Below the pieces are notes generated by a model. The model saw only the letters and a program-made list of their open reading frames with translations, had not been told where the DNA came from and did no database searches. Shown here piece by piece: positions 7,780 through 17,696 of a stretch of 35,035 nt of DNA. Each line of letters starts with the position of its first letter. Positions within the stretch are counted from its first letter, which is position 1. The stretch is from Nanobdellati archaeon (GTDB taxonomy: Archaea > B1Sed10-29 > JAGVWA01): contig JAGVWA010000015.1 in the NCBI GenBank assembly GCA_018304505.1, positions 1 to 35,035 on the forward strand, written 5' to 3'. Position numbers and translations under genes: made by a program.

Positions 7780-8994
7780 ATGGCCAGGAAAGGCAAGGTT
7801 TTAGTGCTGAGTGTAGACCGCGACGATGACCTCGGGGCAAAGGCAGGCGTTAAGGGCCCAATTATTGGGGAGAAGAACAACATTGAGGCAGCCAGCCGCT
7901 TGCTGCTAGCTGATGCCAGCGAGAGTGACGGCAACGCGATTTTCGAAGCCGTCAGGCAATTCAGAAGCCTGCCCGAAGCGGCAGACGTTGTCACAATTAC
8001 CGGGCACAAATCCCGGGGCTTCAAGTCAGATCAGGAAATCGCTAGACAGCTTGACATGGTGTTTGAAAAGTTCCCTGACAGTGAAGGTGTGTTCCTCATT
8101 ACTGACGGCGAGGATGACGAGCAGATCTTGCCCCTTATACAGGCAAGAAAAAAAATCGTGTCAAGGAAGATTCTTATTGTAAAACAGTCCCGCCAGCTCG
8201 AGAAAAGCTACTTTGTCCTAAAGGAAGCGCTCAAGGACCCGACCTTCGCGCGCCTCGTTTTCGGCTTGCCTGGAATTATATTGTTGTTCATAGCGATTTT
8301 CCAAGACCTTGGCTTGCAGTTCGTGTTTTTCGCGGCTGGCTTGTATTTGTTGTTTAGGGGCCTTGGTTTTGAAGAGCCGGTCATCCGCTGGATCCATGAC
8401 TTCAAAAGCACTACAAGCCCTGAGAGGGCCTCGTTTCCGTTATATGTCGGTGCATTTCTTATACTTGTGCTTTCAATATGGTCGGGCTGGGAGCAACTGA
8501 AGGCATACACCGCAGAGTCGGTGCTGTTGCAGCTTGCCGCGTTTGCAGACGGTGCCGCGCTTCTGTTTGTCGCAGGGTCTGTGCTGTTTCTCATCGGCAG
8601 AATAGGCGACATGCACTTTTCGAAAGAGTACGCGAAGATCAGGCGCTATGCCCTGTTTTTAGTGTCACTGCTTATTGTGTGGTTCGTTATCATACAGGCA
8701 ATCGCGCTTGTGTTTGGCCGCATCGTCCTCGATGAATTCCTGGGTTATTTGGTGTTGGCATTCATAGGGTCCATTATCAGTTCAAGCATAATAAAGCGTA
8801 TTTACGCTGAGAAGTATGTGGTGTCTCGCATCAAGAAGGATCTCGAGGTGTACAAGCGCAGCGGCGTCTACGTTGGGACTGTTGATTCAGTTAACAAGGC
8901 CTCAAGGACATTTGTCATACGCGAGAAAAATCGCAAGGAGCCGGCCAAGTTTTCTCAGGTGCTTACTGTAGAGGACTACGTGATTGTAAAGTAG
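7780..8994 (+). CDS. DUF373 family membrane protein
   Basis: VLVLSVDRDDDLGAKAGVKGPIIG, ESDGNAIF, TDGEDDEQILPLIQ and VKQSRQLE motifs, followed by several TM segments. Confidence 0.88.
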   Translation: MARKGKVLVLSVDRDDDLGAKAGVKGPIIGEKNNIEAASRLLLADASESDGNAIFEAVRQFRSLPEAADVVTITGHKSRGFKSDQEIARQLDMVFEKFPDSEGVFLITDGEDDEQILPLIQARKKIVSRKILIVKQSRQLEKSYFVLKEALKDPTFARLVFGLPGIILLFIAIFQDLGLQFVFFAAGLYLLFRGLGFEEPVIRWIHDFKSTTSPERASFPLYVGAFLILVLSIWSGWEQLKAYTAESVLLQLAAFADGAALLFVAGSVLFLIGRIGDMHFSKEYAKIRRYALFLVSLLIVWFVIIQAIALVFGRIVLDEFLGYLVLAFIGSIISSSIIKRIYAEKYVVSRIKKDLEVYKRSGVYVGTVDSVNKASRTFVIREKNRKEPAKFSQVLTVEDYVIVK

Positions 8995-9007
8995 TGCCCG
9001 CGAGGGG

Positions 9008-10924
9008 TTATGGGCGCACGATTTTCTTTATGATCCCAATGAGCTGGTTTTTCTTTGGAGATTTTTTTAAGGCGATTTCAAGCACGTCAATGATGTCCTT
9101 TGCAGGCACGATTTTGATTTTCTTTAACTTGTCTTTATCAATTACAATGTCGTTCTTGTTGGCCTCTGGCACGATAATGGTTCTTATCCCGGATGTGATT
9201 GCAGCCTCGGTTTTCGCTGTCACGCCGCCGACAGGCAGCACCTCTCCTTTGATTGATATTGATCCTGTCATTGCCACTGATTGGTCTATCGGAATTCGCT
9301 CTAGGGCGGAGATGACTGCAGTCGCGATGCTGACCGCAGCTGAATCACCTTCAACACCCTCGTGAGTCTGCAGGAACTGAATATGTATATCGTGATTGGC
9401 GATGGCCTTACCTTTGTATTTCTTGATTATCGCTGACACGTTCTGCACAGCTTCCTTGGCAATCTCGCCGAGTTTGCCGGTTGCGATGGTCTTGCCGCGG
9501 TTGGTTTCCTGCGCTGGACTGACCTCGGCTTCTATTGGCAGCATGATGCCCCCGCCAAGCGCGCCGAGGACAGCTAGTCCATTGACGCGCCCGGAAATAT
9601 AGCCCGTGGTTTTAATGACTTCGTATTCCCGTTTGTAGTCGATGGTCTTGTCTGCAAGCTGCTGTTCCAATGTTTTGGCAGATGCCTGGGCTTGCTCAGC
9701 ATGTTTTTTCTCAACCACGTTTGAATTTTCGAGGCGGGCTATGTCGCCGGCAGCCCTGATGAAGCCCCCAAGGTCGCGCAGCTTCAGCGTCAGTTTGTGT
9801 TTCCTTCCCGCGCGCTTGCGGGCTTCCTGTGTAATGAATTCGACCGCGGCATCCGTGAAGTGTGAAATCTTACCGTCCTTTTTCACTTCCTGTGCAACGA
9901 ACTGCGCCATCTTTTCGCGGTTTTCTTTTGAGTCATCAAAGACGTCGTTCAGATATATTTCGTATCCGTACCCCCTGATTCGCGACCGCAATGCGGGGTG
10001 CATCTTTTCAAGGTCGACCATGTTTCCACTTGCAACGAGGAGGAAATCGCATGGTACGGGCTCTGTTCTAACCATGGCGCCGGAGCTCATCTCACTTTGT
10101 CCGGTTATGCCATACTTTTTTTCCTGCATTGCTGTAAGGAGTTCTTGTTGTGATTTGGGGCTCAGGGTGGCGATTTCGTCTATGAAGAGGACGCCTTTGT
10201 TTGCCCTGTGAATGAAGCCCGGCTCTACGCGCAGGTGTGGCGGGGTTCCGAGGCCGCCACTTTGATAGGGATCGTGCCTAATATCGCCAAGCAGCGCCCC
10301 TGCCCGTGCCCCGGTGGCGTCGATGAACGGCGCTTTTTCCTTTTTGTTATTGTCTATCAGCAACTTAGGAACCTGGTTTTCTTCTCCACCGCCGAATCTG
10401 AGCTGTTGCATTCCCTGCGAGAACGATGACGCGAAAAGCAGTACAGCCATGAAGAAGCCGCTTGTTATTATGAACGCCGCCAAAATGACATCTGAGAAGA
10501 GCTTGAAATGCAGCGCTAGGGCTATCGATAGTGCGAAAACGAGGCTGATGAGTAAGAAGGCGTTTGCCCCCGGACGCATTGCGTCGAGGTTTTTCTGGAA
10601 GCCCTTTTTCTTTTCCTTCTCGAGTTCCTTTTTCCCTTCTCCGGCGTTCAGGATTTTGATTTTTGGGTTGTTCTTGTCGGTTTCGTTCGCGTACACAAGG
10701 ATGTCTTCTAGTTTTTCAGTTGGCAGCAACTCTGCCATGGCCTGCGCCAAAAGGGACTTGCCAACGCCCGGCTCGCCAATTAGTAGGACGTTGCGTTTCT
10801 GCTTCGCGGCTTTTTTAATCAATTCGACTGCCTGGTCTTGCCCGAGCACTTGGTCGCTAAGGTGTTCAGGCACCTTGATTTCTTCAGTGGATTTGAATTC
10901 ATGGGGGGCGGTTGGTTTTGCCAT
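9008..10924 (-). CDS. lonB: Archaeal ATP-dependent protease LonB
   Basis: Walker [11 protein letters not shown] insertion within the AAA domain, Walker B LFIDEI, catalytic GDSA Ser and downstream Lys (VGGVTAK). No intein. Confidence 0.96.
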   Translation of the reverse strand: MAKPTAPHEFKSTEEIKVPEHLSDQVLGQDQAVELIKKAAKQKRNVLLIGEPGVGKSLLAQAMAELLPTEKLEDILVYANETDKNNPKIKILNAGEGKKELEKEKKKGFQKNLDAMRPGANAFLLISLVFALSIALALHFKLFSDVILAAFIITSGFFMAVLLFASSFSQGMQQLRFGGGEENQVPKLLIDNNKKEKAPFIDATGARAGALLGDIRHDPYQSGGLGTPPHLRVEPGFIHRANKGVLFIDEIATLSPKSQQELLTAMQEKKYGITGQSEMSSGAMVRTEPVPCDFLLVASGNMVDLEKMHPALRSRIRGYGYEIYLNDVFDDSKENREKMAQFVAQEVKKDGKISHFTDAAVEFITQEARKRAGRKHKLTLKLRDLGGFIRAAGDIARLENSNVVEKKHAEQAQASAKTLEQQLADKTIDYKREYEVIKTTGYISGRVNGLAVLGALGGGIMLPIEAEVSPAQETNRGKTIATGKLGEIAKEAVQNVSAIIKKYKGKAIANHDIHIQFLQTHEGVEGDSAAVSIATAVISALERIPIDQSVAMTGSISIKGEVLPVGGVTAKTEAAITSGIRTIIVPEANKNDIVIDKDKLKKIKIVPAKDIIDVLEIALKKSPKKNQLIGIIKKIVRP

Positions 10925-11057
10925 GTTATCTGGGTTATTTGTGTGTCACAGTATTAATATAGTTACTTATCAAAAACGCATTGAAAATGCACGTCTCTCG
11001 TCGATGGGCAGGCGAAAGGCTTATATATCAATATTGCAATAACTATTGTGGCATTGA

Positions 11058-11363
11058 GTGGGTTTTATGTGGGATGCACGGACTTCGGATTTGGACAGTA
11101 CGGCGTATGTGGAATTGCCGAGAAGGGGCGGTAGAGTCCTTACGCTACGAAAGAGATTTGGTGAGGAAACAAAACGGCCGCACTGGGAAAAACGCGTGGG
11201 AACACTAGGAGACAGGCAGTTTGGCGTGGATGGCAACGAGACAACAGAAGGATACACGCGCGTGTTAGATCCCTGCCTGACGCGCAAAGCTAATGATTTA
11301 TATGCCACTGCTGAACTAGAGGTTGCATTGGATATCCTAGATGGTGGAATCAAATTAGAGTGA
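11058..11363 (+). CDS. Small hypothetical protein (~100 aa)
   Basis: ORF fills the gap between lonB and the convergent 11381 ORF, with TATA-like TTATATA at ~11021-11027. Start uncertain (GTG 11058 or ATG 11067). No recognisable motif. Confidence 0.5.
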   Translation: MGFMWDARTSDLDSTAYVELPRRGGRVLTLRKRFGEETKRPHWEKRVGTLGDRQFGVDGNETTEGYTRVLDPCLTRKANDLYATAELEVALDILDGGIKLE

Positions 11364-11380
11364 CGGCTGCCTGGAATAAT

Positions 11381-12232
11381 TTATTGCGGTCTGGGTTTTC
11401 TTTTTATTGAAAGTTGTGCGCGCCTTGCAGCTTCTGCTTGAGAGGCTGTTTCATACAATCTTAGTGTGTTGTTGTACTTGGCTGTAAGTTGGCGTATCTG
11501 ACTGCTGTACCGTGCTTCAACCGCCTGTTTTTCCGTTTCTGTTAGAGTTACGTCATAACGCAATGTTGAGTTTCGTTGATCTATAAGTGCGTTTATGTTG
11601 CTGCTTAGTTTTTCGAGCCTTCGTTTCACACTTGGCGGAATTGCTGATGCCCTGAGATTAATTACTCCTGTTATTGTTTTTGGTTTGAAAATTCTGTCAA
11701 AGAGGCTAGGTTTAACTACAGGCCCTTGTGGTGGCTGGATTCTTGGAATTCCTTGTGCCGTGATTTCTGGTCTTACTGGTAGTCTTCGTATGCGCTCTGG
11801 AGGAATTTGTATTCTGGCTGGTCCGCGGGGGGTTGGGATGCGTTTTTCTTGTCCAAAAATCGTTAGTCCTAAGTCTTTCATTTGTGTGTCTGTTGGTGTC
11901 GGTCGTGGGGTTGCTATTGCTGTTGGTCTTGGCGTTGCTGGCCCTGCTGTTGGTCTTGGCTGCCCGGCTTGCGGTTTTGGTGTTTCTGGTTTCGGTTCTG
12001 GTTTTGAGGGGCCTGTTTTTTCTTCTTCTGCTTTGGTTCTAATGTGGCGTATTGCGCCAAGGGGTGCGGCCCCCGGGATGCGTTGCGCTGCCTGTGTGAG
12101 TTGTTGTCGTTGTGCTTGTGCTCTTGCGCGCTCTGCTTTTTCACGCTTTTCTTCTAGGAATGTGGTGTAGCTGCCGTAGTGCGAGCCTCTTTTTCGTCTC
12201 GCTTTTTCGAGTGATGCCCTGTTGACTGCCAT
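11381..12232 (-). CDS. Hypothetical basic, Pro/Thr-rich low-complexity protein with C-terminal coiled coil
   Basis: 283-aa ORF with PRPTAGPAT/PRPTAIAT/PRPTPT repeats (16-bp DNA repeat at 11918 and 11945) and TATA-like TATATA upstream. Confidence 0.7.
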   Translation of the reverse strand: MAVNRASLEKARRKRGSHYGSYTTFLEEKREKAERARAQAQRQQLTQAAQRIPGAAPLGAIRHIRTKAEEEKTGPSKPEPKPETPKPQAGQPRPTAGPATPRPTAIATPRPTPTDTQMKDLGLTIFGQEKRIPTPRGPARIQIPPERIRRLPVRPEITAQGIPRIQPPQGPVVKPSLFDRIFKPKTITGVINLRASAIPPSVKRRLEKLSSNINALIDQRNSTLRYDVTLTETEKQAVEARYSSQIRQLTAKYNNTLRLYETASQAEAARRAQLSIKRKPRPQ

Positions 12233-12284
12233 TGCAATAATTACTACCAGATTGTATATATACTTGGCGCTGCGAAAATACTAT

Positions 12285-13184
12285 ATGAGGGTAACATTTC
12301 TGGGAACAAGCAGTGCAGTCCCAACCCGGGACAGGAGTTTGTCAGCCGTGCATTTCAAGTACCGCGGCACCGATTTTCTGTTCGACTGCGGTGAAGGCAC
12401 GCAACGTCAATTTACACACGCGGGAATTTCGCCGCACAAACTGGACGCTGTGTTTATTTCGCACGAGCACGCGGATCACATGCTGGGCCTCGCTGGCTTA
12501 ATACAGACGCTGAACATGCAAAATCGACAGCAGGAGCTCAAGGTTTATGGGCCAATCGGCATCAAGAGATACGTCGATTTTTTCAAAACGCTCGGGGGCC
12601 TCAAGTTGGTGTATCCGGTAACGGCTATCGAAATAAACGGCCCGGGCAAGGTTTTCGAGAACCTTGACGTAGAAGTGCACGCCTTTCCTGTAAATCATGT
12701 GACGGAATGCTATGCCTTCAAGGTAGTTGAGAAAGTCGAGGCAAATCTTGACAAGGCAAAGCTGAAAAAGCTGGGGCTGCTGGACAGCCCTGCAAACAGG
12801 CAGTTAAAGGAAAAAGGCGAGATAGAATGGCAGGGCAAGATGATTAAATTGGAAGACATCAGCAAGCCGTTGAAAAAACCGCTGCAGGTCGCTTATGTAA
12901 TTGACTCAAGGTTCGACGAGTCCATTATTCGCAATGTCGAGGGGGTTGACTTGCTCGTTATTGAGGCAACGTTCGCCGAAAAAGAAAGAGAGAGCGCAAA
13001 ACTCGGGGGGCACATGACTGCAAGGGAGGCGGCCACCATTGCAAAGCGCGCCAAGGCAAAGCGGTTGGCATTGACGCATTTCAGCTCCAGGTACTCCGAT
13101 GACATGAGCATCTTGAAACGGGAAGCTGGAGAAGTATTTAAAAAACCGGTGTTCGCAGAAGACTTCATGACGATTGAGGTATAA
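12285..13184 (+). CDS. rnz: Ribonuclease Z (tRNase Z)
   Basis: MRVTFLGTSSAVPTRDR, LFDCGEGTQRQ, HEHADH (HxHxDH), IEATF, GHMTA and LTHFSSRY. Confidence 0.96.
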   Translation: MRVTFLGTSSAVPTRDRSLSAVHFKYRGTDFLFDCGEGTQRQFTHAGISPHKLDAVFISHEHADHMLGLAGLIQTLNMQNRQQELKVYGPIGIKRYVDFFKTLGGLKLVYPVTAIEINGPGKVFENLDVEVHAFPVNHVTECYAFKVVEKVEANLDKAKLKKLGLLDSPANRQLKEKGEIEWQGKMIKLEDISKPLKKPLQVAYVIDSRFDESIIRNVEGVDLLVIEATFAEKERESAKLGGHMTAREAATIAKRAKAKRLALTHFSSRYSDDMSILKREAGEVFKKPVFAEDFMTIEV

Positions 13185-13265
13185 TTAAACAAAGGTTAAA
13201 TAAGCGGACTAAATAAGCAGAGTAAACAAGCAGATAAAAAAAACAGAAATTAAATAAACAAAGAT
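13185..13265 (+). repeat. Degenerate ~13-nt tandem repeats after the rnz stop
   Basis: ttaaataagcgga / ctaaataagcaga / gtaaacaagcaga / taaaaaaaacaga. Confidence 0.65.
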
Positions 13266-13271
13266 GGTTTT

Positions 13272-14096
13272 ATGGAATTGATGAAGCGGCTCGCAATCGG
13301 AATCCTGATCGCAGTTCTGTTTACCCAACTTGCCTATGCGAAAGAGCTCACTAACCGCAACATCAACATGCACATTTCAAGTCAAGGCACAGCAACGGTT
13401 GTTGAGGAATTTGTAATAGCGCTTTCGCCCCAGGACAGCCGCGAGGTAGACCCGCTGATAGAAAAAGGCACAAGCGACATATACACGTGGAACAAATTCT
13501 TCTCGGTCATCCGGCGCAATGTTCTCGGTGAATACAGGGAGCTTTCGGTGGTGGCAAAAAAGGATACCCAGGGCTTTGCCAGGATAAGCTTAGGGTACAA
13601 GATAGATAACCTTCCGGTGAGAATTTCAGAAGAAGGGCGGATAATAACAAAAGCCATATCGCCGAGAAGCTTCGCGTTTTTTGACTCAAATGGTGAAGTG
13701 TTCACGTTACCATCAGACGCAACCATACAGATACAAATCGAAGACCAGAGACAATCGCGCGAAAGGCAAAGGATAGAAGAGTTCTTTGCAGCGAAGCCGG
13801 CCGGCGCTTTCCTGGGCCCGTACTCAAGCGAAAACACGGTCCTCTTTATCGTCAAGGGGCCGCTCGTCACCAAGGACTTCCTTGTTCTGTGGAAAGAAGA
13901 GCAATCAATTGGCCAGAGCTTTTCAACATCCCGGATTCTGGAATCAGCTTACCGCAACCTACGCAGCAGCCCGATTTACACATTGGCGGTCATGATAATA
14001 CTCGGCTTGCTTGTCATTTACAGGAAGCAGGCGCTCGCGGTAATTGCAGAGAGTTTCTCGGAAGAAGAAATCGAGATGCCAAAGCGCGAATTGTAG
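13272..14096 (+). CDS. Hypothetical exported protein with signal peptide and C-terminal membrane anchor
   Basis: MKRLAIGILIAVLFTQLAYA signal peptide, beta-rich-looking middle, TM segment IYTLAVMIILGLLVIY, short acidic tail. Confidence 0.75.
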   Translation: MELMKRLAIGILIAVLFTQLAYAKELTNRNINMHISSQGTATVVEEFVIALSPQDSREVDPLIEKGTSDIYTWNKFFSVIRRNVLGEYRELSVVAKKDTQGFARISLGYKIDNLPVRISEEGRIITKAISPRSFAFFDSNGEVFTLPSDATIQIQIEDQRQSRERQRIEEFFAAKPAGAFLGPYSSENTVLFIVKGPLVTKDFLVLWKEEQSIGQSFSTSRILESAYRNLRSSPIYTLAVMIILGLLVIYRKQALAVIAESFSEEEIEMPKREL

Positions 14097-14112
14097 TGGC
14101 TATCCCCTAGGG

Positions 14113-14517
14113 CTATTGTTTTTTGAATGTGCGCTTCTGCCTGATTTCGCCCCTCGTGACGCCTTCGAACTTCACGCCCAGGTGCGCTGCGAGATTCTGC
14201 AATGTAAAGTCGTCTGTAATCAGTATGGTTTCAGCATCGCGTTTTTTCTGATCTAGGGCTAGGGCCATCAGTGCCTTGTCAGTGTTGCTCAGCTGTTTGC
14301 CGGACCCGACCTCGCGCGCCTTGTCCTCTGCCAATTTAAGCGACTCTTTTGACGCCATGAAAACCCGCAGGCGCTTAAGGTTCATGGCCATATCAACCAT
14401 CAGCCGGGACTTGAAGTCCTTAATCTCATCAATGGCTTCCTGCACAGTGACGCATTCACAATCATCTTTGTACGCATTTGAATTTATGATGGCGCTTGCA
14501 TCAAGTACCCTAATCAT
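14113..14517 (-). CDS. nob1: Nob1-like PIN endonuclease lacking the C-terminal zinc ribbon
   Basis: VLDASAII, VQEAIDEIKD, LSNTDKALMALA and LITDDFTLQNLAAHLGV are Nob1-type PIN motifs. Ends at KRTFKKQ without CxxC pairs. Confidence 0.82.
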   Translation of the reverse strand: MIRVLDASAIINSNAYKDDCECVTVQEAIDEIKDFKSRLMVDMAMNLKRLRVFMASKESLKLAEDKAREVGSGKQLSNTDKALMALALDQKKRDAETILITDDFTLQNLAAHLGVKFEGVTRGEIRQKRTFKKQ

Positions 14518-14573
14518 AAGTATTTTTAATACCAAACACAATAAATAGCCAACTGATAATAACCACTGATCCT

Positions 14574-16055
14574 ATGCATGACAACGAGAAGCAAGTGATC
14601 ACTTCTTTGGAAAAAAAGAAAAAACAGTCACTTGAAGAATTGATAGAAAGCACAAAGCTGAACAGGGACGCTGTTAGCACCGCGCTTGCGAATCTCGCGG
14701 ACCAAGCCTACGTCAGCATAGAGGAAAAAACATCTGAGGAACTCGTACTGACATCTGAAGGATCGATGTACGCAAACCAAGGGTTACCAGAACGCCAGGC
14801 CCTTGACCTCCTCGCCAAGACAAAAGAAATCGCAATGAATGACTTCAAGAGCAAAATAGACAACGATGCCATTGCACTCACGTGGCTGAGAAAAGCGGGA
14901 TACGTAGACATCAAAGATGGCAAGGTTTCGCTCAATGCAGTTGGGCAGAAAGCTTCAAAGGAAAAGCTGGCGCATGAGCAGGTCCTCAGCGCCGTTATGG
15001 GCAAAAAACCGCTGCCTGAAAAACTCGCGACAGAAGCAGCTGAAATCATCAAGCGAAGGCTCGCAGAAGTTAAGACGCAAAAGCACGTTACCGCATCAAT
15101 AACAAAGCAAGGCCTCGAATTAGTAAAGAGGGGCATCTCTGTAGAAAAAGAAGTTGGGCAGCTGACGCCGCAGATGGTTGTAACAGGCGACTGGAAAAAT
15201 CACAAGTTCAGGATTTATGACGTAAGCGCATCAGCCAAGCCGATTTATCCAGGCAGGCGCCACTTTTTGAATCAGGCCATTGAGTACGTGAGGAAAATCT
15301 GGCTGGAAATGGGCTTCAAGGAAATGCAGGGTCCATTGATCCAGAGCAGCTTCTGGAACTTCGATGCCCTTTTTACGCCGCAATCGCACCCCGCGAGGGA
15401 AATGCACGACACGCTTTTTCTGGACGCAAAGAAAATGAATCTGCCAGAGCTCGGCCTTGTTAAAAGGGTTAGGGAAGCGCACGAAATCGGCACCAGGGAC
15501 AGTTTGGGCTGGAGCTATATTTGGGATCAGGAAGAAGCCAAAAAACCGGTACTACGGACGCACACAACAGCACTGTCTGCTCAGACGCTGGCTCGGCTAA
15601 GAAAAGAGGAATGGCCCGCAAAGTACTTTGCCTTGGGTCGCGTGTTTAGAAATGAAACGGTCGACTGGACGCACTTATTCGAATTTGACCAGGTAGAAGG
15701 AATTGTTGTTGACGAAAACGCGAACTTCAAGCACCTCCTCGGCTACCTAAAGGAATTCTACAGCAAGATGGGTTACAACAACATCCGCATCAGGCCAGCG
15801 TTTTTTCCCTATACTGAAATGAGCCTTGAAGTTGATGTGTACAGCCCGAAAAAACAGGGGTACATCGAGCTCGGGGGCGCGGGCATATTCAGGCCAGAGG
15901 TTGTAGAACCCCTGTTGGGCGAAGACGTCCCCGTGCTTGCATGGGGCCAGGGCTTTGGCAGGATAATAATGGAGTATTATCAGATGAATGACCTGCGCGA
16001 GCAGAACAAAAACGATGTGCAGAAGCTACGTGAATTAAGACAGTGGATGATGTAA
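14574..16055 (+). CDS. pheS: Phenylalanine-tRNA ligase alpha subunit (archaeal/eukaryotic long form)
   Basis: FWNFDALFTPQSHPAREMHDT, VLRTHTT, GRVFRNETVDWTHLFEFDQVEG, FFPYTEMSLE and ELGGAGIFRPE. Confidence 0.97.
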   Translation: MHDNEKQVITSLEKKKKQSLEELIESTKLNRDAVSTALANLADQAYVSIEEKTSEELVLTSEGSMYANQGLPERQALDLLAKTKEIAMNDFKSKIDNDAIALTWLRKAGYVDIKDGKVSLNAVGQKASKEKLAHEQVLSAVMGKKPLPEKLATEAAEIIKRRLAEVKTQKHVTASITKQGLELVKRGISVEKEVGQLTPQMVVTGDWKNHKFRIYDVSASAKPIYPGRRHFLNQAIEYVRKIWLEMGFKEMQGPLIQSSFWNFDALFTPQSHPAREMHDTLFLDAKKMNLPELGLVKRVREAHEIGTRDSLGWSYIWDQEEAKKPVLRTHTTALSAQTLARLRKEEWPAKYFALGRVFRNETVDWTHLFEFDQVEGIVVDENANFKHLLGYLKEFYSKMGYNNIRIRPAFFPYTEMSLEVDVYSPKKQGYIELGGAGIFRPEVVEPLLGEDVPVLAWGQGFGRIIMEYYQMNDLREQNKNDVQKLRELRQWMM

Positions 16056-17660
16056 ATGCCGACGGTGAACTTAGACAAAAAAAGATTCTTGAAATACCTC
16101 GACAGGGACTATGATGACGAGTTCCTGAAAGAGAGAATCGCAATGCTCGGCACCGACCTCGACAGCATAACAGAAACCGAAATCATTGTTGAGGCATTCC
16201 CGAACAGGCCAGATTTGTTGAGTGAGGCGGGAATGGCGCGCGCGCTAAGGGGTTTCATCGGCATTGAAACTGGTCTGCCTGCATACGATATTAAAAAAGG
16301 CAATTGGAAGGTCTCCGTTGACCACAAGGTAAAGAAAATCCGGGAGCATGCTGTCTGTGCTGTGGCGAAAAACGTAAACATAGATAGCGCCTATCTTAAG
16401 TCGCTGATGCAGATTCAGGAAAAGCTGCACGTAACGCACAGCAGGAACCGGAAGATGGCGAGCATTGGAATGTACGACTTGGACACCATAAAGTTTCCAA
16501 TAAAATACACGACGGTGCAGCACGATTTCAAGTTCACGCCGCTTGAGGCTACGAAGGAAATGACGGTAAAGCAGATTTTGAAAGAGCACCCCAAGGGCAA
16601 GGACTACGCGCACCTGCTAGTCGGGGATGAGTACCCAATGTGGATAGACGCACAGGGGCAGGTGTTGTCGATGCCGCCCATAATCAACTCGGCCGAGACC
16701 GCGATAACGGAGAAAACAAAGAACTTATTTATCGATGTAACTGGGCTTGACGGGAAGGTCGTGGATCAGGCAATGAGCATCATTGTCGCGCTGTTGCATG
16801 ACCACGGCGCCACGATTGAGCAAGTCAACATCAATGGCGCGATAACGCCTAACATGGCGCCGTGGGAAATGAAGTTTGATTACAAATACATAAACAAGTT
16901 CCTGGGTCTTGATTTAACCGACAAGGAAATCAAAAAACACCTAGAGCGCATGCGAATCGGTGTACGGGGCGACATGGCCGTGGTGCCGGCATACAGAACC
17001 GACATTCTCCACCCGCGGGACCTGATGGAGGAAGTCGCCATCAGTTACGGATATGAAAATTTCGAAGCCGAGATTCCGAACGTGTCCACTGTCGGCGAAG
17101 AGCAACCAGCTACGGTGTTTCAGCGGAAACTCGCAGAGGCGTGTGTCGGTCTTGGCTTGCTTGAATGCCTGTCGTTTCACTTATCGAATGAGGGCGTGCT
17201 GATTGAAAAAATGGATCGGGAGCCGAGGCCGCTGCTGAAGGTGACTAATCCTGTGAACAAGGATTATGACACAATCCGCGATTTGCTGATGCCCGGCCTG
17301 CTCAAGGTTTTGTCAGAAAACAAACATCATGAATTGCCGCAAAAGCTTTTTGAGCAGGGCACTGTTGTTGATGAAAAGATGAACGAAGTAACATCGCTTG
17401 CAATTGTTTCATCGCATGCTACTGCGGGTTACGATGAAGCACGCTCAATGGTCGAGGCCATCTTTAGGTCGCTTGGAAAACCAGTGGCATTTACGCAGGA
17501 CACAAAGCCATATTTCATGCCAGGAAGGACGGCGCAGATCGCCTACCAGGGAGAGCACATTGGATACTGCGGAGAAATCCATCCGAAGGTGCTGAACAAC
17601 TTCGGCCTGGAAAATCCAGCAATCGGCATCGAGTTCAACGTTGATCGACTTTTGAAGTAA
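16056..17660 (+). CDS. pheT: Phenylalanine-tRNA ligase beta subunit
   Basis: MPTV start, PNRPDLLS, QEKLH, SMPPIINS, VPAYRTDILHPRDLMEEVAISYGY and GEIHPKVL. Directly abuts pheS. Confidence 0.97.
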   Translation: MPTVNLDKKRFLKYLDRDYDDEFLKERIAMLGTDLDSITETEIIVEAFPNRPDLLSEAGMARALRGFIGIETGLPAYDIKKGNWKVSVDHKVKKIREHAVCAVAKNVNIDSAYLKSLMQIQEKLHVTHSRNRKMASIGMYDLDTIKFPIKYTTVQHDFKFTPLEATKEMTVKQILKEHPKGKDYAHLLVGDEYPMWIDAQGQVLSMPPIINSAETAITEKTKNLFIDVTGLDGKVVDQAMSIIVALLHDHGATIEQVNINGAITPNMAPWEMKFDYKYINKFLGLDLTDKEIKKHLERMRIGVRGDMAVVPAYRTDILHPRDLMEEVAISYGYENFEAEIPNVSTVGEEQPATVFQRKLAEACVGLGLLECLSFHLSNEGVLIEKMDREPRPLLKVTNPVNKDYDTIRDLLMPGLLKVLSENKHHELPQKLFEQGTVVDEKMNEVTSLAIVSSHATAGYDEARSMVEAIFRSLGKPVAFTQDTKPYFMPGRTAQIAYQGEHIGYCGEIHPKVLNNFGLENPAIGIEFNVDRLLK

Positions 17661-17696
17661 ACGCGTAAAACAAAACAGGTATGTGGGGACGATAAA

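Noticed and set aside
1504-11039. Shared 13-mer atcaatattgcaa upstream of the M16 gene (1504..1516, minus) and the 11058 ORF (11027..11039)
   Set aside because: Only two AT-rich copies at different distances from their TATA-like boxes; compatible with chance.
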